Assembly (NCBI RefSeq): GCF_009914755.1 | Contig: NC_060928.1 | From: the human T2T-CHM13v2.0 reference genome, Homo sapiens | Length of the DNA: 64,000 nucleotides | Reading direction: 5' to 3' (one strand) | Shown here: positions 37,375-50,455 of the stretch, one piece after another | Position numbering within the stretch: the stretch's first letter is position 1 | Layout of the letters: every line of letters begins with the position of its first letter | The notes under the pieces: generated by a model | What the model was told of the DNA's origin: nothing | Databases searched by the model: none | What the model saw: the letters and a program-made list of their open reading frames with translations, nothing else | Translations under genes and position numbers: made by a program

Positions 37375-37575
37375 GCACAGATTGCAAGCATACAACACAA
37401 TGAATTCCCACAACCTGAACACACCAGTGTAACAACACCCGGGTCAGAAAACAGAACAAGGTCAGCAGTTCAGAAGCCTTCCTTGTGATCCTTTCCAATC
37501 ACTACCCACCGTCCAAGGTGAACCACCATCCTCATCAGTACCAGTACAGATTAGTTCTCCCTTCTTTTTGTTATT
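37375..37575 (-). mobile_element. L1M fragment
   Basis: aacacaccagtgtaac..cagaaaacagaaca..ccaaggtgaaccaccatcct..agattagtt. Confidence 0.55.
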
Positions 37576-38427
37576 TATGTAAATGGAATTATATAGTTTA
37601 AAAAAAGATAGTAATTTGATAAGTTTTGATAGAAACTTTTTAGTATATGTGTCAGCATTTAAGAAAGCAGATGATTCTAGTAAGTGGGTACCAAATTTTT
37701 TGGTTAGTTGGGTGGGTTTCAACTCTTTGCTTTCAATAACATTAAAGGAGGACTTAATGGAGTTGTCAGCTCTCAGACATTGAAATAATTTATGATGAAA
37801 GAATAACTTTGTTATTCATGGAATGAATATCAGAAAGGGTTTAAAGAATTGACTAGTATCTATAAAACATGAATATTTGCCTTCCATACATACCTTCCAT
37901 AAATGCATAAATATCTATATTTATATGAGGAAAGTATCTCAACAATTATATTTTAAAACAAAGTAAGTAGAAGTAAAATCGTTTCTGAAACTGTCTTATT
38001 CTAGCAAAAAGTAATGTGAATCCATAGATTCATCAATAATTGAAAAACAAAGCCTCATTTATCTCATTGCAAGCTGCATTTTGGATAAAATTTGCCTCTT
38101 AACAATTATTTACCATGATTTATAATATATTGATATTTTATTGCCAAGAAGTTTATACTCGTATAAAATTCTGTGGGCAAAATAGAATAAAAATATGAGT
38201 TCAAAGAGAAATAAGAATGGTGTAAAACTTGGAACTGTAAGGGAAGATCACATCTACATACTTTAAAAAATGATGGGCACCAAAATAGTATTTTAGTTCA
38301 ATTAGGTAAATGTAAGAGTGATATGATTTTTTAAGCCTGCATTTAAAATAATAATGCAAAAAAGTACATCCTTTGCAAATATTTAAACTTACAAATGAAG
38401 AATTTAAATACTAAATGTGTTGAAGGG

Positions 38428-38766
38428 TGTTATGGTCTGAATGTGCCCCCACAATTCATGTGTTGGAAACTTACTCCTCAGTGCAGCAGTGATGGGAGGT
38501 GTTGCCTTTTGGGAGATGTTTAGGTCCTGAGGGCTCTGACTTCATAGATAGATTATGGCTGCTATAAAAAGAGCTTTTGGGAGGGGGTTGCTCTCTTTCA
38601 CTCTTCTGCCATGTGAGGACACAACATTCATCCTTCTATTCATCAGATGCTCGTGCCTTGATCTTGGGCTTCCCAGCCTCAGAGCTGTGAGAGAATACAT
38701 TTCTGTTCTTTATAAATTACCCAGTCCAGGGTATTCTGTTACAGCAGCACAAAGTGAACTAAGATA
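38428..38766 (+). mobile_element. MSTC/D-type MaLR LTR
   Basis: tgttatggtctgaatgt..attcatgtgttggaaactta..gccatgtgaggacaca..ttataaattacccagtc..cagcagcacaaa. Confidence 0.85.
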
Positions 38767-38843
38767 AGGGATATATTAGTTTTTCAAAATTCTATTAGAG
38801 GATATTTGAGAAAGAAAGAAGAAAAAAAACCACTGCAGTAGGG

Positions 38844-39351
38844 CAGGGGAACCCAACCCCATTGACTAGTACTGGTACATGGCCTGTTAGGAACCAGGCT
38901 GCACAGCAGTAGGTGAGCAGCAGGCAAACCAGTGAAGCTTTGTCTGTATTTATAGCCACTCCCCATCGCTCGCATTACTGCCTGAGCTCTGCCTCCTGTC
39001 AGATCAGTGGCCGCATTAGATTTTCATAGGACCATGAATCCTATTGTGAACTGTGCATGCGAGGGATCTAGGCTGCACACTCCTTACGAGAATCTAATGC
39101 CTGATGATCTGTCACTGTCTCCCATCACCCCCAGATGGGACCATCTAGTTGCAGGAAAACAAGCTCAGGGTTCCCATTGATTCTACATTATGGTGAATTG
39201 TACAATTATTTATATTACAATGTAATATTATATCTATTACCATGTAATAATAATAGAAATAAGGTGCACAATAAATGTAATGTGCTTGAATCATCCCTAA
39301 ACCATCCTCCCTACCCCCAGTCTGTGGAAAAATTGTCTTTCAGGAAACTGG
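38844..39351. mobile_element. MER1A hAT element, distal end truncated
   Basis: ggcctgttaggaaccaggctgcacagcag..cagatcagtggccgcattagatt..tctgtggaaaaattgtctt. Confidence 0.9.
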
Positions 39352-42300
39352 AACACAACTAGTGACATGAGAGGAGGGTAGGAAAAAAACAAGGTCCCAA
39401 ACAGGAGTCATGTCAGGGAGCTCAGATTTCATTTTAGATGCCATGGAAATCCTTGGAAAGATTTCTATGTACTAACTAATGTACAACAGGAGGCCATATT
39501 GTAACTCAAATAAGAGATAATGGTGGCTTTGACGGAGATGATATCAGTAAAGATGGAGAGAAATGGACAGATTTGAAGGGTTTTTTTTGTTTTTGCTACT
39601 TTTGGGATGTTCACAATTCGATGGGGTGACTGAACAAACATCCCTCATATCCAATCCAATCCATCAACACATCATATCTCCAGGGCCAAACATAAAAGTG
39701 TTTACTGCATAAATGAGTGGGATCCCACAAATCTAGACTTTGCCTCTTGGATATACACATGGCTGGGATTTCCCACAAATGGGCTGAATCTGTTACATTA
39801 AGGAAATGGAGAAGATTTAAAAAAAAAAACTTTTTTAACCCATAAGAGAGCCTCGCTCATCAGGTTTTCTGCAGGACTGTGAGGGGAATGGATTTGAGAA
39901 ATCCTTCTTTCTGCCAAAGAGCCGCACCAGTAGTGGGAATAATCTGACTCAGGGAGAACCTGGCTGTCCTGTATCATTCTGCTTAGTTTTCTCTTAGGTT
40001 TTACATTTCTTCCAGTTCCTTGTCCGTTTCAGATCTCTTTACACCACAGGATAGAATGTAAGAGTGGGAATCTGCCACAACACCTTCGGAGAAAATAGAT
40101 TCTAGATATAGCCAATAAATCCAGCCCAGAAAGTAACTCCCTTTAACAAAGAGAATGGCTGATAGAGGGAGAGGAATCATGTAGAAAACAAACCATCAAA
40201 AGCACCCCGAGGAAGTCTGCCCTCTGCTCCTGACAGCCCGTGGAAGGGTGCTGCCTGCCCCTTCCCCTGAGCTCCTTCTCCAGCTCCAGCCTGGTGAGGA
40301 AAATGACCTGCCGTTTCTGTAACAAGCTGGGTACAGACACAGCAAGTGGCCTTCTGGAGGATAAGGCAGATGGCCTCAGGTCCTCCTCCTTGCTCTGTAT
40401 GTGGCGATGTTAAGACCGTTCCACGTGGCCGCACTGCCTCCCCGGATTGCCCCTGGCTCCCTCTCCAGTCAAAGCAGATCACCCAGAGGGGTCTATGTTA
40501 CATGGGAGGAAGGGGACGGGGCAGATTCAGCTTTAAAAGTAGCTCAGGAGACCCCCTCCCCCTTTTGGGTTTATCTTTGATTATCCACTTATTTCAACAT
40601 CTGGGCCAGTGGGCAAGGGTAGGGGATGAATGGAGTTTATTGATCACTGTTTCCATCACCTTTCTTTCTCCTGCCACAGCCTCCTGTGCAGCATCCCCAC
40701 AGCAGCCTGTGTCACTCCCTCTCCCCACTGCAGCCCAGCATGAGCAAGGAGCCAGGTTTGCAGTGGCCATGGCAGAAGGCAAACATACTCCTACACTCCT
40801 CTTAGAGGGAACCAGTGGAGGAGAATGTCTGGGAAAAAAGAGGGGGCAAAGGTCCACCAGGACACCTGCCCTCCAAGCCTTCCACCAGCCACTGCAATCC
40901 AGCTTCAGCCTCAGAGCATAAAGAGCCTGGGCTTCATTCCCAGTTTTTCAAGTCCACTTTGCAGATGAACCAGTACAGGCTTATGTGTAGAGAAGGAGGA
41001 TCTGTCTCTGTGGTTTGATTTAAGATATGGCAGCTCCAATCTGAAAGTAATTTCTCTTTGGCTCATCTCTGGAGGCTGAAATGTCACTGGTTTTGGTTTA
41101 TTCCTCAGAGGTAAGTGGTGCCCTTCTTCCTGGGTCTCTTCAAATGTACATCTTCCTCAGATGAAGAACATCTCAAATCACCCAAATCTCCCAGGAAGTG
41201 ACTGAGTCCTCCAGCAAATGCCTCACTCGTGGGGCAGAAAAAGAAGAGAACGGAAAGAGAATCTTGGGTACCTGAGGGAGGAGGGAGCCTGAAACAAGGA
41301 AAAAAAAAAAAAAAAGAAGAGAGAGGGAAGTTAACAGTCTTGGGTGATAGTAACAGGTGGAGGATTAACCAGGCCTACAGTGGAGCTTTACAGTGTAGAC
41401 CAGAGAGCTGCCTCTGCCTGGTCCCCAAGGAGCAGAAAGGAATCAGGCCCTAGGAGTGAGGACTGAAAGTGTTTCTCAACAAACATACCAGCAAGCTTCG
41501 GATGTACCCTGTGCCAGTTTCTCAAATCCACTCAATCCCTGACCTTCATGGGTAATTCTAGCACAGATCCCAGGAATGGATTTTTAGCAAGAAAAGGCTG
41601 GTACCAGAAGCCAGCAGTGCTGTCCAACTACCTGGGAAATCAGAACGTGGGAAAGATGAGAGTAGGTGAGGCAGCAGCCAGGGCTCCCAGCGAGGGCTGT
41701 GGCAGGCAGCTCTTCTGCTCAGTAGGTTCTCACTCCCCAAAGCACGCCCAGGTCCCCATTTGCCAGCCATCATAAGGTTCAGAGAGCCAAGAGAGCCATG
41801 TGCCTCAAAAACTCAACCTGTCTCACCTGCCATCTGCTTCTCTGAGTGGGCAAATCTCATAGAGAGGTCTGTTGGCCAGATGTGGCTGAGACTAGTGCCC
41901 AATTGTCCCTCTGCAGCTGTGGAGAGGGTGCAGAGGGCGCTGGAGTTGGCCATGAATCATATTCTGGGGCAGCTGATGTCCTCTGGTTATTCTAGGCAGG
42001 GCACAGACAGTGCCAAGGAGGCCACAGCCTAGCCACCCCCAGCTTGCTGAGAGGCCCTGAGCTTGCTGCCAGGTGCATGACCAATTGGGTCTGATGGTTA
42101 GTGCTGCCACCCCTGAGTGAAGCCCACTTCTTTAGGTAGAGGCAATTATAATGAGATGCTTTTCTACATTCAGATGGTCAGTTTAAAATCAGTATTCTGA
42201 TTTTAAAACAAACAAACAAAACCTGATTCCAGAATAATCTCCTTACCATCAATATTATAACTTAATTATTTGTGATACATCAAAAAGGGGTGGGAATCAA

Positions 42301-43414
42301 CTGACATGCCAATCAACAACTCCTTCCATCATTATCAGACCCAGGGGGACAGCAGCTACTATTATTCTATAATATCTACATAGCTACTCAGTACCCCAAG
42401 CTAATAAACGCAAAACCTCCGTTCCTTCTCCTCTCCCAAGCACAGTGTTCAATGCACGCAAGTACTGAGTTAATGAGCTCATCACTGGGGGGCAACTCTG
42501 AGCTGGGATGACTTCTCAGAAACAGTCCCAGACAAAGTAAGAAAGAGTTGTCCACTCACTGACCTCAGATAAACATTTGATAAACTGTTGATTCCTTTGG
42601 TTATTTATGAGTTATAACATGCATATAAATGAACATGTTGTATTAGTTGGTAAAAATTTTAAACTTTATCTATGTAAAACATACATTTCATTCTACAGGC
42701 AGCTGACTGGGGTTAAAAATGAGGGTCTGGAATGCTATTAGAATTTGTGATCCTGAAGGCATATATGCCTTCCAAAGGGTGCTCCTTAGAATCACAGGAT
42801 CTAGCATTGCAGCGTTAATCAAACCCATTTCCTTTCCTTTCATAAGCGAGGAAATAGAGGCCCAGAATGGAAAAGCAACCCTTGAACCAATTACTCAGCA
42901 TGAGATGACAGAGGCAGAATTAGAATCAGGATCCATGTACCTCAAGCCAGTGCTCCTTCTCTCTGCCGTGCTCCATAGGATCAGAGGATCAGAGCCTTCC
43001 ACGCCAGGGAGTTTGACTCTTTGTCACTGTGTAAGTCATGCTATAATAAATAATCTGCAGTGACCTACTCTTCTCTATAATTCCACATGGTGATTATAAG
43101 CCATTCTATGTTATACTGTAGTTGCAGCATGGTAGCTTCTTATTATATTGAAATGTTTCCTTTAAATGCATTGGAGTCATATAGTATTTATTTTAAATGG
43201 AAGGGTACTAGCCTTTAGGAGATGAGGTAGTTCCTGGATTAGGTAGTCAGGCATTTTAAATTAGGACAAAAGACCCTAGGTAAAACTGCAAAGTAGGCCA
43301 GGAAGCTTGTTGTGCCCATGAGGGAACTTATTGCAAGGTGTCAATGGATTTGTGTGTACACTAAGCACTGATTATAGACTAAACAAATAACACATCTTAC
43401 ACATGTACCTCCTA

Positions 43415-43758
43415 CAGGTCCACAAGTATTTATTTCAAACCTTGGGGACCAAATGTGTTTTGGAAGTCAGTTCAAGTTGTAGAAAGGTAATAGGATATAT
43501 AAATATATATATACCATATATTAATAATATTCCCAGCAGAGTCTGAGCAGTACCCTATAATCCAACACATGAATAGTTCTGCAGTTAAAGATGGGAATGT
43601 TCACTACTAATGGGATAAAGAAAGACTATAAATAGCTTCATGTTAGTTCAGGTCAGGTTTTGTCCCAAAAAATTAGTCTGTGACAAAGTAACCAAAAGAA
43701 AATCCTGTTTTCAGTGCTTTGTGAAGTTCGAGATTGTGGGTAAGAGATTGTAGACCTA
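43415..43758. mobile_element. Old Tigger/mariner-like non-autonomous element
   Basis: TA|CAGGTCCACAA ... TTGTAGACCT inverted termini. Confidence 0.6.
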
Positions 43759-44125
43759 TCTTGTCTTATTTTAAAAATATGAATATACTGATCAATAAGA
43801 GATACTTTAATAAATGAGTGTCGATATTTAATGGGTCTTTTTGCCATTATATATTTTCTCAATCAATGGCTAGACATAAAGACAACAAATATGTCAGAAT
43901 TCACAAAATTTTAAGGGCTCCTGGCTATCCTGGTTGGGAGCCCCAAGCCTAGCTTGGCTCTGGAGCCTGGCTCATGGGACCACCTCCCTGACTGGTGCAC
44001 AGCCACACCTGAGGGAGTGGGAGGGCCAGCCAGGACCTAAGGCGGGAGCCTGATTAGGAAAGACTCCACGCTGTAGGACAAGGGTTCCCAGTGTTATTAG
44101 GTAGAGGACCTCTTTTCAGTTGCAC

Positions 44126-44357
44126 AGGCTCTGGAGCTAGATTGCTGGGTTAAAATTCCTGCTCTGCTATTGACCAGTTGTGGGGCCTCAGACAAGTCAT
44201 TTTACCTCTTTGTACTTCAGCGTCCTCCTCAGTTATGAATCCAAGTAGTAATAATTTCTATTTCATAGAAATATTGTAGGGACTAAATGAGTTAATCCAG
44301 GTAAAATCCTTAGAGGGGTATCAGGCATACAGTAATCTCTTAATAAATGTCAGCTCT
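44126..44357 (+). mobile_element. MIR
   Basis: ggctctggagctag..gctctgctattgaccag..gacaagtca..tgtagggactaaatgagttaat..aataaatgtcagct. Confidence 0.78.
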
Positions 44358-44386
44358 TTTTATTGTCATTATTTGTTTACATGTCT

Positions 44387-46022
44387 ATGGTAGGCAGAAT
44401 AATGCCCCACAAAGATGTACACACCCTAGTCCATAATTGCTGGAACCTGTAATAGAATATTCTGAAACAAACCCCAGAATATGTTAGCATACATGGCAAA
44501 AGGGACTTTTTTTAAAAAAAATTATACTTTAAGATCTGGGATACATGTGCAGAACATGCAGGCTTGTTACATGAGTATACACGTGTCATGCTGGTTTGCT
44601 GCACCTATCAACCCATCATCTGCATTAGATATTTCTCCTAATGCTATCCCTCCCCTATCTTCGCACCCCATAACAGGCACTGGTGTGTGATGTTCCCTTC
44701 CCTGTGTCCATGTGTTCTCATTGTTCAACTCCCACTTATGAGTTAAGAACATGCGGTGTTTGGTTTTCTGTTTCTGTGTTAGTTTGCTGAGAGTGATGGT
44801 TTCCAGCTTCATCCATATCCCTGCAAAGGACATGAACTCAACCTTTTTTATGGCTGCATAGTATTCCATGGTGTATATGTGCCACATTCTCTTCACCCAG
44901 TCTATCATTGATGGACATTTGGGTTGGTTCCAAGTCTTTGCTATTGTGAACAGAGTGCAATAAACATACTTGTGCATGTTTCTTTATCATAGAACGATTT
45001 ATAATCCTTTGGGTATATACCCAGTAATGGGATTGCTGGGTCAAATGGCATTTCCGGTTCTAGATCCTTAAGGAATCACCACACTGTCTTCCACAATGGT
45101 TGAGCTAATTTACACTCCCACCTTTTTTTTCATATGTTTGTTGGCTGCATAAATGTCTTCTTTTGAGAAGTGTCTGTTCATATCCGTTGCCCACTTTTTG
45201 ATGGGGTTGTTTTTTTCTTGTAAATTTGTTTAAGTTCTTTGTAGATTCTGGATATTAGTCTTTTGTCAGATGGATAGATTGGAAAAATTTTCTCCCATTC
45301 TGTAGGTTGCCTGTTCACTCTGATGATAGTTTCTTTTATTGTGCAGAAGCTTGTTAGTTTAATTAGATCCCAATTGTCAATTTTGGCTTTTGTTGCCATT
45401 GCTTTTGGTGTTTTAATCATGAAGTCTTTGCCCATGCCTATACCTGAATGGTATTGCCTACGTTTTCTTCTAGGGTTTTAATGGTTTTAGGTCTTATGTT
45501 TAAGTCTTTAATCCATTTTGAGTTAATTTTTGTATAAGGTGTAAGGAAGGAGTCCAGTTTCAGTTTTCTGCATATGGCTAGCCAGTTCTCCCAACACTAT
45601 TTATTAAATAGGGAATCCGGCAAAAGGGATTTTTAAAGGCCTTTAGAAGGGAAGATTATCCCAGATTTTCCAAATAGTCTTAACCTAATCACATGAATCC
45701 TTGAAAGGGGAGAACTTTCCTTAGCTGTGGTAAGGGAAAGAGACGTGACAATCGAAAGGAGCTTCAATGCTGACTTTGCAGGTGAAGAAATGGCCCATGA
45801 GTTGAGGGAAGTAGGCAACCTCTGGAAGCTGGAAAAGCCAAGGAAAGAGATTCTTTCCCAAGGTGTCTGGAAAGGAAAACAGCCCTGCTAACATGCTGAT
45901 TTTTAGCCCCTTGAGACCTATGATGGACTTCTAATCTAGATGATTTCAAGATAACACATTTGTGTTGTTTTAAGTCACTAGGTTTGTGGTAATTTGTTAT
46001 GGCAGTGACAGGAAACTAATAA
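44387..46022 (+). mobile_element. MLT1D LTR interrupted by L1PA
   Basis: tggtaggcagaataatgcccc..acatggcaaaaggga|L1|..gggaagattatcc..gaagctggaaaagccaaggaa..ttgtggtaatttgttatggcag. Confidence 0.85.
44511..45618 (-). mobile_element. L1PA 5'-truncated insertion (about 1.1 kb, internal deletion near 45121)
   Basis: ORF2 peptides [35 protein letters not shown]; TSD GGCAAAAGGGA(C/T)TTTT at 44495-44510 and 45619-45634. Confidence 0.95.
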
Positions 46023-46024
46023 AT

Positions 46025-46150
46025 GTCTGTCTCTTCTGTTCTCTAATGAGCAACTTGAAGGTGACCCTGTGTCCCTCACTCCTTTATCCCCACTGTCTAG
46101 TCAGAATCTGGCATGCAGTAGGTACTCAATAAATATTTAGTGATTTAGTC
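46025..46150 (+). mobile_element. L2 3' end
   Basis: ctggcatgcagtaggtactcaataaatattt. Confidence 0.7.
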
Positions 46151-46309
46151 AACAAATGTCTGTGTAAGGCATGACAAATGGCTTTGCTCTGGCTAACAGA
46201 GGGACCAATATGTGAAATACTGAGGTAAATAGGGGACCAAGGTTTGATAAATCCTTACCAGGATGTTAGTCTAATAATATTAAAAAGTGAACTGGATAAC
46301 GTAATAATA

Positions 46310-47010
46310 ATAAAGGAAAATAACAAATGCTGACAAAGGTGTAGAGAAATTGGAGCCCTTGCACATTACTGGTAGAAATGTAAAATGGTGCCAATGCCAT
46401 GGAAAAATACCTGATAGTTTCTCAAAAAGTTAAACAGAGAATTACCACATGCAATTTTGTATACCCAGTAATTCCACTTCTGGGTATATATCCAAAACAA
46501 CTGAAAACAAGTATTCAAACAAAAAGTTATACACACATGTTTATAGCAGCACTGTTCAAAATAACCAAAAGATGAAAACAATACAAATGTCCATCAATGG
46601 ATGTCTAAATAAACAAAATGTGTTATATTCATATAATTAGTTTTTATTATTGGGCCACAGAAGGAATGAAGTTTTGAGACACGCTACAATATTGATGACC
46701 TTGAAAACATTATGCTAAACAGAAGAAGTCAGACCAAAAAAAAAAAAAATCACATACTGCATGGTTCCATTTGTATGAAATAGCCAGAATAGTCAAATAA
46801 ATAGAAATGGGAAGCAGATTGGTGGGGAGGCGGGGAATGGGGAGTGACTGCTCAGTGGGGTACAGGGCTTTCTCTCAGTTGATGGAAACGCTTTGGAACT
46901 AGATAGAGGTGATGGTCACACAACAATGTGAATGTACTAAATGTTGCCAGATGGACGCTTGAAAATGGTTAACATGATGACTACTATGTGAATTTTACCT
47001 TACTTTTAAG
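46310..47010 (+). mobile_element. L1MB-type 3' end
   Basis: aacaaatgctgacaaaggtgtagagaaattgg..aattccacttctgggtatatatcc..gaccttgaaaacattatgcta..gaactagatagaggtgatgg. Confidence 0.85.
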
Positions 47011-47708
47011 AAATACAGTAAGCTGGGCAGAAAATTTCTCTGTTTCAAAAATCCAAACAAGGATGAAAAAATGTAGTAGTAATCATAGAATCTCTTTTCC
47101 CTACCATCTAATAAAATGCTCAGAAAGTAGCATGAGTGAGTGAGAGATTAATTGATCGATTTCCCAGCACCAAATAAACAAGGAAGGAGGAACAACTTTA
47201 TGCCATAAGTGTCAAGAAGTAGCAGCTACAAAAAGAAACAGAAGATGCTGTTGGAGCTGAACAGGGCTCCTGACCTCACAGCCCCTTTCCCTCCCTCTCC
47301 CCAAAGCCAAGCCCTTTACAGGAAGGATGGCCAATTAATGGAAACCGGATGACTCTCACCAATGCTCTCCAGCTTCAAGAGAAACAGATTGAAGGAGTGA
47401 GTAAACAATTCTGGGAAAATTCCAGAAAAAGTCCTTGAGAAAAGAATTCTCCGTGATTGACCCTGGGGGCTTTGTTAGAGGCAGAAAGGGCTATCAGGTC
47501 AATATGTTGAGCTGCAGGAACAAGCTGAGATCTAGAGGAGTGGACTGTACTCTCGGCTAGATCAATTGGACACCAGTAAAAAGTTAGCTTCATCTCAAAA
47601 AGGAGTGGAACTGGGCTCTAAGCGAGGACTGTGCTCAGGCCCGGCTGAACTATTCTTGCTTATCCCCACCTTTTCAGGCTACAGAGAAGGGGATTGGAAA
47701 TAAGACGC

Positions 47709-47876
47709 AATAGAAATGGAAAGCAGATGGGTGGGGAGGCAGGGAATGGGGAGTGACTACTCAGTGGGTACAGGGCTTTCTCTCGGTTGATGAAAACACT
47801 TTGGAACTAAATAGAGGTGATGGTCACACAATAATGTGAATGTACTAAATACCACCAGATGGACACTTGAAAATGG
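47709..47876 (+). repeat. Dispersed copy of 46800-46968
   Basis: About 168 bp colinear, roughly 90% identical by eye. Confidence 0.88.
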
Positions 47877-48029
47877 GGTCAGGGTGGGGAAGATAAAGAG
47901 TCTATATAAGGCAGGGGGATGACAAGGGAAATTCACCCACACTGTATTCCACTGAAGCGATACACAATCACTCAGAATTGTCCATATTAGGCATAAGTAG
48001 GATGAAAATAAATCACACAATCTCAATAA

Positions 48030-49240
48030 AATATTCTAAGAAAATAATGTATGTTAAAAACATATGAAAAATCCTGTCTGGGAGGAACCCAAAACCAAAA
48101 CAGCAAGAAGATTCCTTGTAAGTGCATTGGGCTATATAGAACTTAATAAGAACACAAGTTAAATAAAACAAAATATCAAAATAAAGATGATAAAACAACA
48201 AAATAAGATGGAACAGGATACCAAAGAACTAAAGGAACAAAATAAAATTCTGAGTAACTTAGAAATAGAAAGAGATAGTAGATATAACTAAAAATCATAT
48301 TAATTATAGCACTTGGGATCACAGCAAATACAGAGGAAAAAGAATTAGCTACTAATTAAGAAGCTCAAAGATAATTCAATATAAGGATATTTGATATTCA
48401 TGATAAGAACCCAACAAATAAAACAGGAAAAATATTGAGAAACATAATACAGGAAACTTTTCCTGAAGTGATAGCAGGACTGAATCAGCACTTTGATATG
48501 GTTTGAATCTGTGTCCCTGCCCAAATCTCATGTTGAAATGTAATCTCTGCTACAAGGAGGTGGGGCCTGGTGGGAGGTGATTGGATTACAGAGGAGGTTT
48601 CTAATGGTTTAGCACCATCCCCCTAGTGCTGTTTTCATGAGAAGTGATAGAGTTCTCATGAGATTTGGTTGTTTAAAAGTGTGTAGCACCTTCCCTCTCT
48701 CTTTCTCCTGCTCTGGCCTTGAAAGATGAGCCTGCTTTCCCTTTGCCTTCTGCCACGATTGTAAGTTTCCTGAGGCTGCCCCAACCATGCTTCCTGTGTA
48801 GCCTGCAGAACTGTGAGCCAATTAAACCTCTTTTCTTTACGAATTATAAATTACCTAGTCTCAGATAGTTCTTTATAGCAGTGCAAGAACAGACTAATAC
48901 ACACTTGAAAGATGAAACTGTATCCTAGGCACAATTGATGCAGAATGAACAACATTGAGTCATACAGTGATTAAGATAATCAGCCTCTAAGATAAAGAAT
49001 TCTTTGGCCATCCAACAGAAAAAGTAAAAGGGGAAAAATATTAAGGGGCTGCAGATTCCTCCCCATCACCTCCCAGCACCAGAGAACACTAGGAAAATAG
49101 CTAACACAGGAAAAGGACCATGACCTGGAATATTTTTATTTGGTCAAATTTTTATCCATGTGTGAAGGCAACACGGAGAGCATTTGCAAATGTAATAGTG
49201 CTCAGGGAATATAGCACCCAGAACCTTCTTGAAGAAAGCT
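48030..49240 (+). mobile_element. HAL1/L1M ORF1-like fossil, interrupted by MSTA
   Basis: A-rich; ataatacaggaaacttttcctgaag (I.QE.FPE)..ctcagggaatatagcaccca. Confidence 0.5.
48494..48901 (+). mobile_element. MSTA LTR
   Basis: TGATATGGTTTG...GACTAATACA with perfect TSD CACTT (48489-48493, 48902-48906). Confidence 0.93.
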
Positions 49241-49249
49241 TTCAAGGCC

Positions 49250-49435
49250 ACAGACTCTAAAGTCAGACTGCCTGAATTTGAATCCTGGCTTTGCCACTTA
49301 CTAGCTCTGTGATTTAGGCAAGTTACTTAAGTAACATTTTTTGTGCCTCAGTCTCCTCATCTGTAAAATGGGGATAATAATAGTCAATATTTCATTGGGT
49401 TTTTTTTTTGTGTGTGTGGATTCAATGAATTAATA
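49250..49435 (+). mobile_element. MIR
   Basis: agtcagactgcctg..gaatcctggctttgccacttactagct..gtgcctcagtctcctcatctgtaaaatggggataataatag. Confidence 0.85.
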
Positions 49436-50344
49436 TGAATTAATTCTATGAATTTTAGCATTTCCTTTATTTTCATTTTAGTTTCTTTTGTCTCCTAATA
49501 AGTTCATGCAAAACTAAATTCAGTATTTTTATTTTGAAGAGAAACATAACATGATGACATTCTTATAAAATTATTTTTGTCCATTATCCATTCCTTCACC
49601 CAATTATAGATAGAATTATGTTTGAATTGGTGCTCATCATATATTAACACTAGAATTGTTGGTAGTGGGATTTGAGTAATGCATTGATTTTTTGTATATA
49701 TCTTGAGTTCTTATAACATGTATGCAAAAAACCAATAAAGTTGTTATTTTAAAACCAACCAATTAAATAACTATCTAAATATATATAAATCACTTCACAG
49801 CCCTGTAAGGAATGATTCATGCTTGCTCAAGTACATTTTGTTCTTAAAAGAAGAGATTGTATGTATAATCAAAATCAACATTTTCATATTTTGTCAACTA
49901 TTTTCCACTCTATTACTTAAGCATTAGGGAACAGTTTTGTCTTGTCAACACCCAGCTGGAAATAATAGCTCATATGTGATGAAAAATAGTGGCTGTGGGG
50001 TGTGGAGTGATTCACAGGAACATGATTTCCCATATCAGGGAGAAATGATCTCCACCAAGTAGGCTGTAATTTTCCATAATGTTGAGCAAAGAGTCAGGGC
50101 TTACAGGAGCAACAGGCAACTCTTTCTTCCCTGCCACTCAAATGACTATGCTAAGGATGCCCTTCTTTGACTACAAAGTAACCTTACTGACCTGCCACGG
50201 ATCTCAGTCTGGAGCTCTGTGTTCAGTAGTTGGCTGATCCTCTGAGCTGCCTCAGGCAGGGCTGGGTGTTCCCTTCCTTCACTCCTATCGCATCTTGATC
50301 ACTCTGTACTCATACTTCACTGTGATAGTTGGCCCATCTCCCCC

Positions 50345-50455
50345 CTTAGCCTGTGAGCTTCTTGAGGGCAGAAATATACCTTGTCCATCACTCTAACCCC
50401 TGTGCCTTGTGCAGAGCCTGTCTTAGAATAGAGTGAATATTTGTCGAATGAGTTA
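50345..50455 (+). mobile_element. L2 3' end
   Basis: tgtgagcttcttgagggcagaa..gaatatttgtcgaatga. Confidence 0.65.

Noticed and set aside
40346-40921. 191-aa ORF as a host gene
   Set aside because: Non-ATG start, no recognisable domain, S/P/G/L-rich composition typical of chance ORFs in GC-richer DNA
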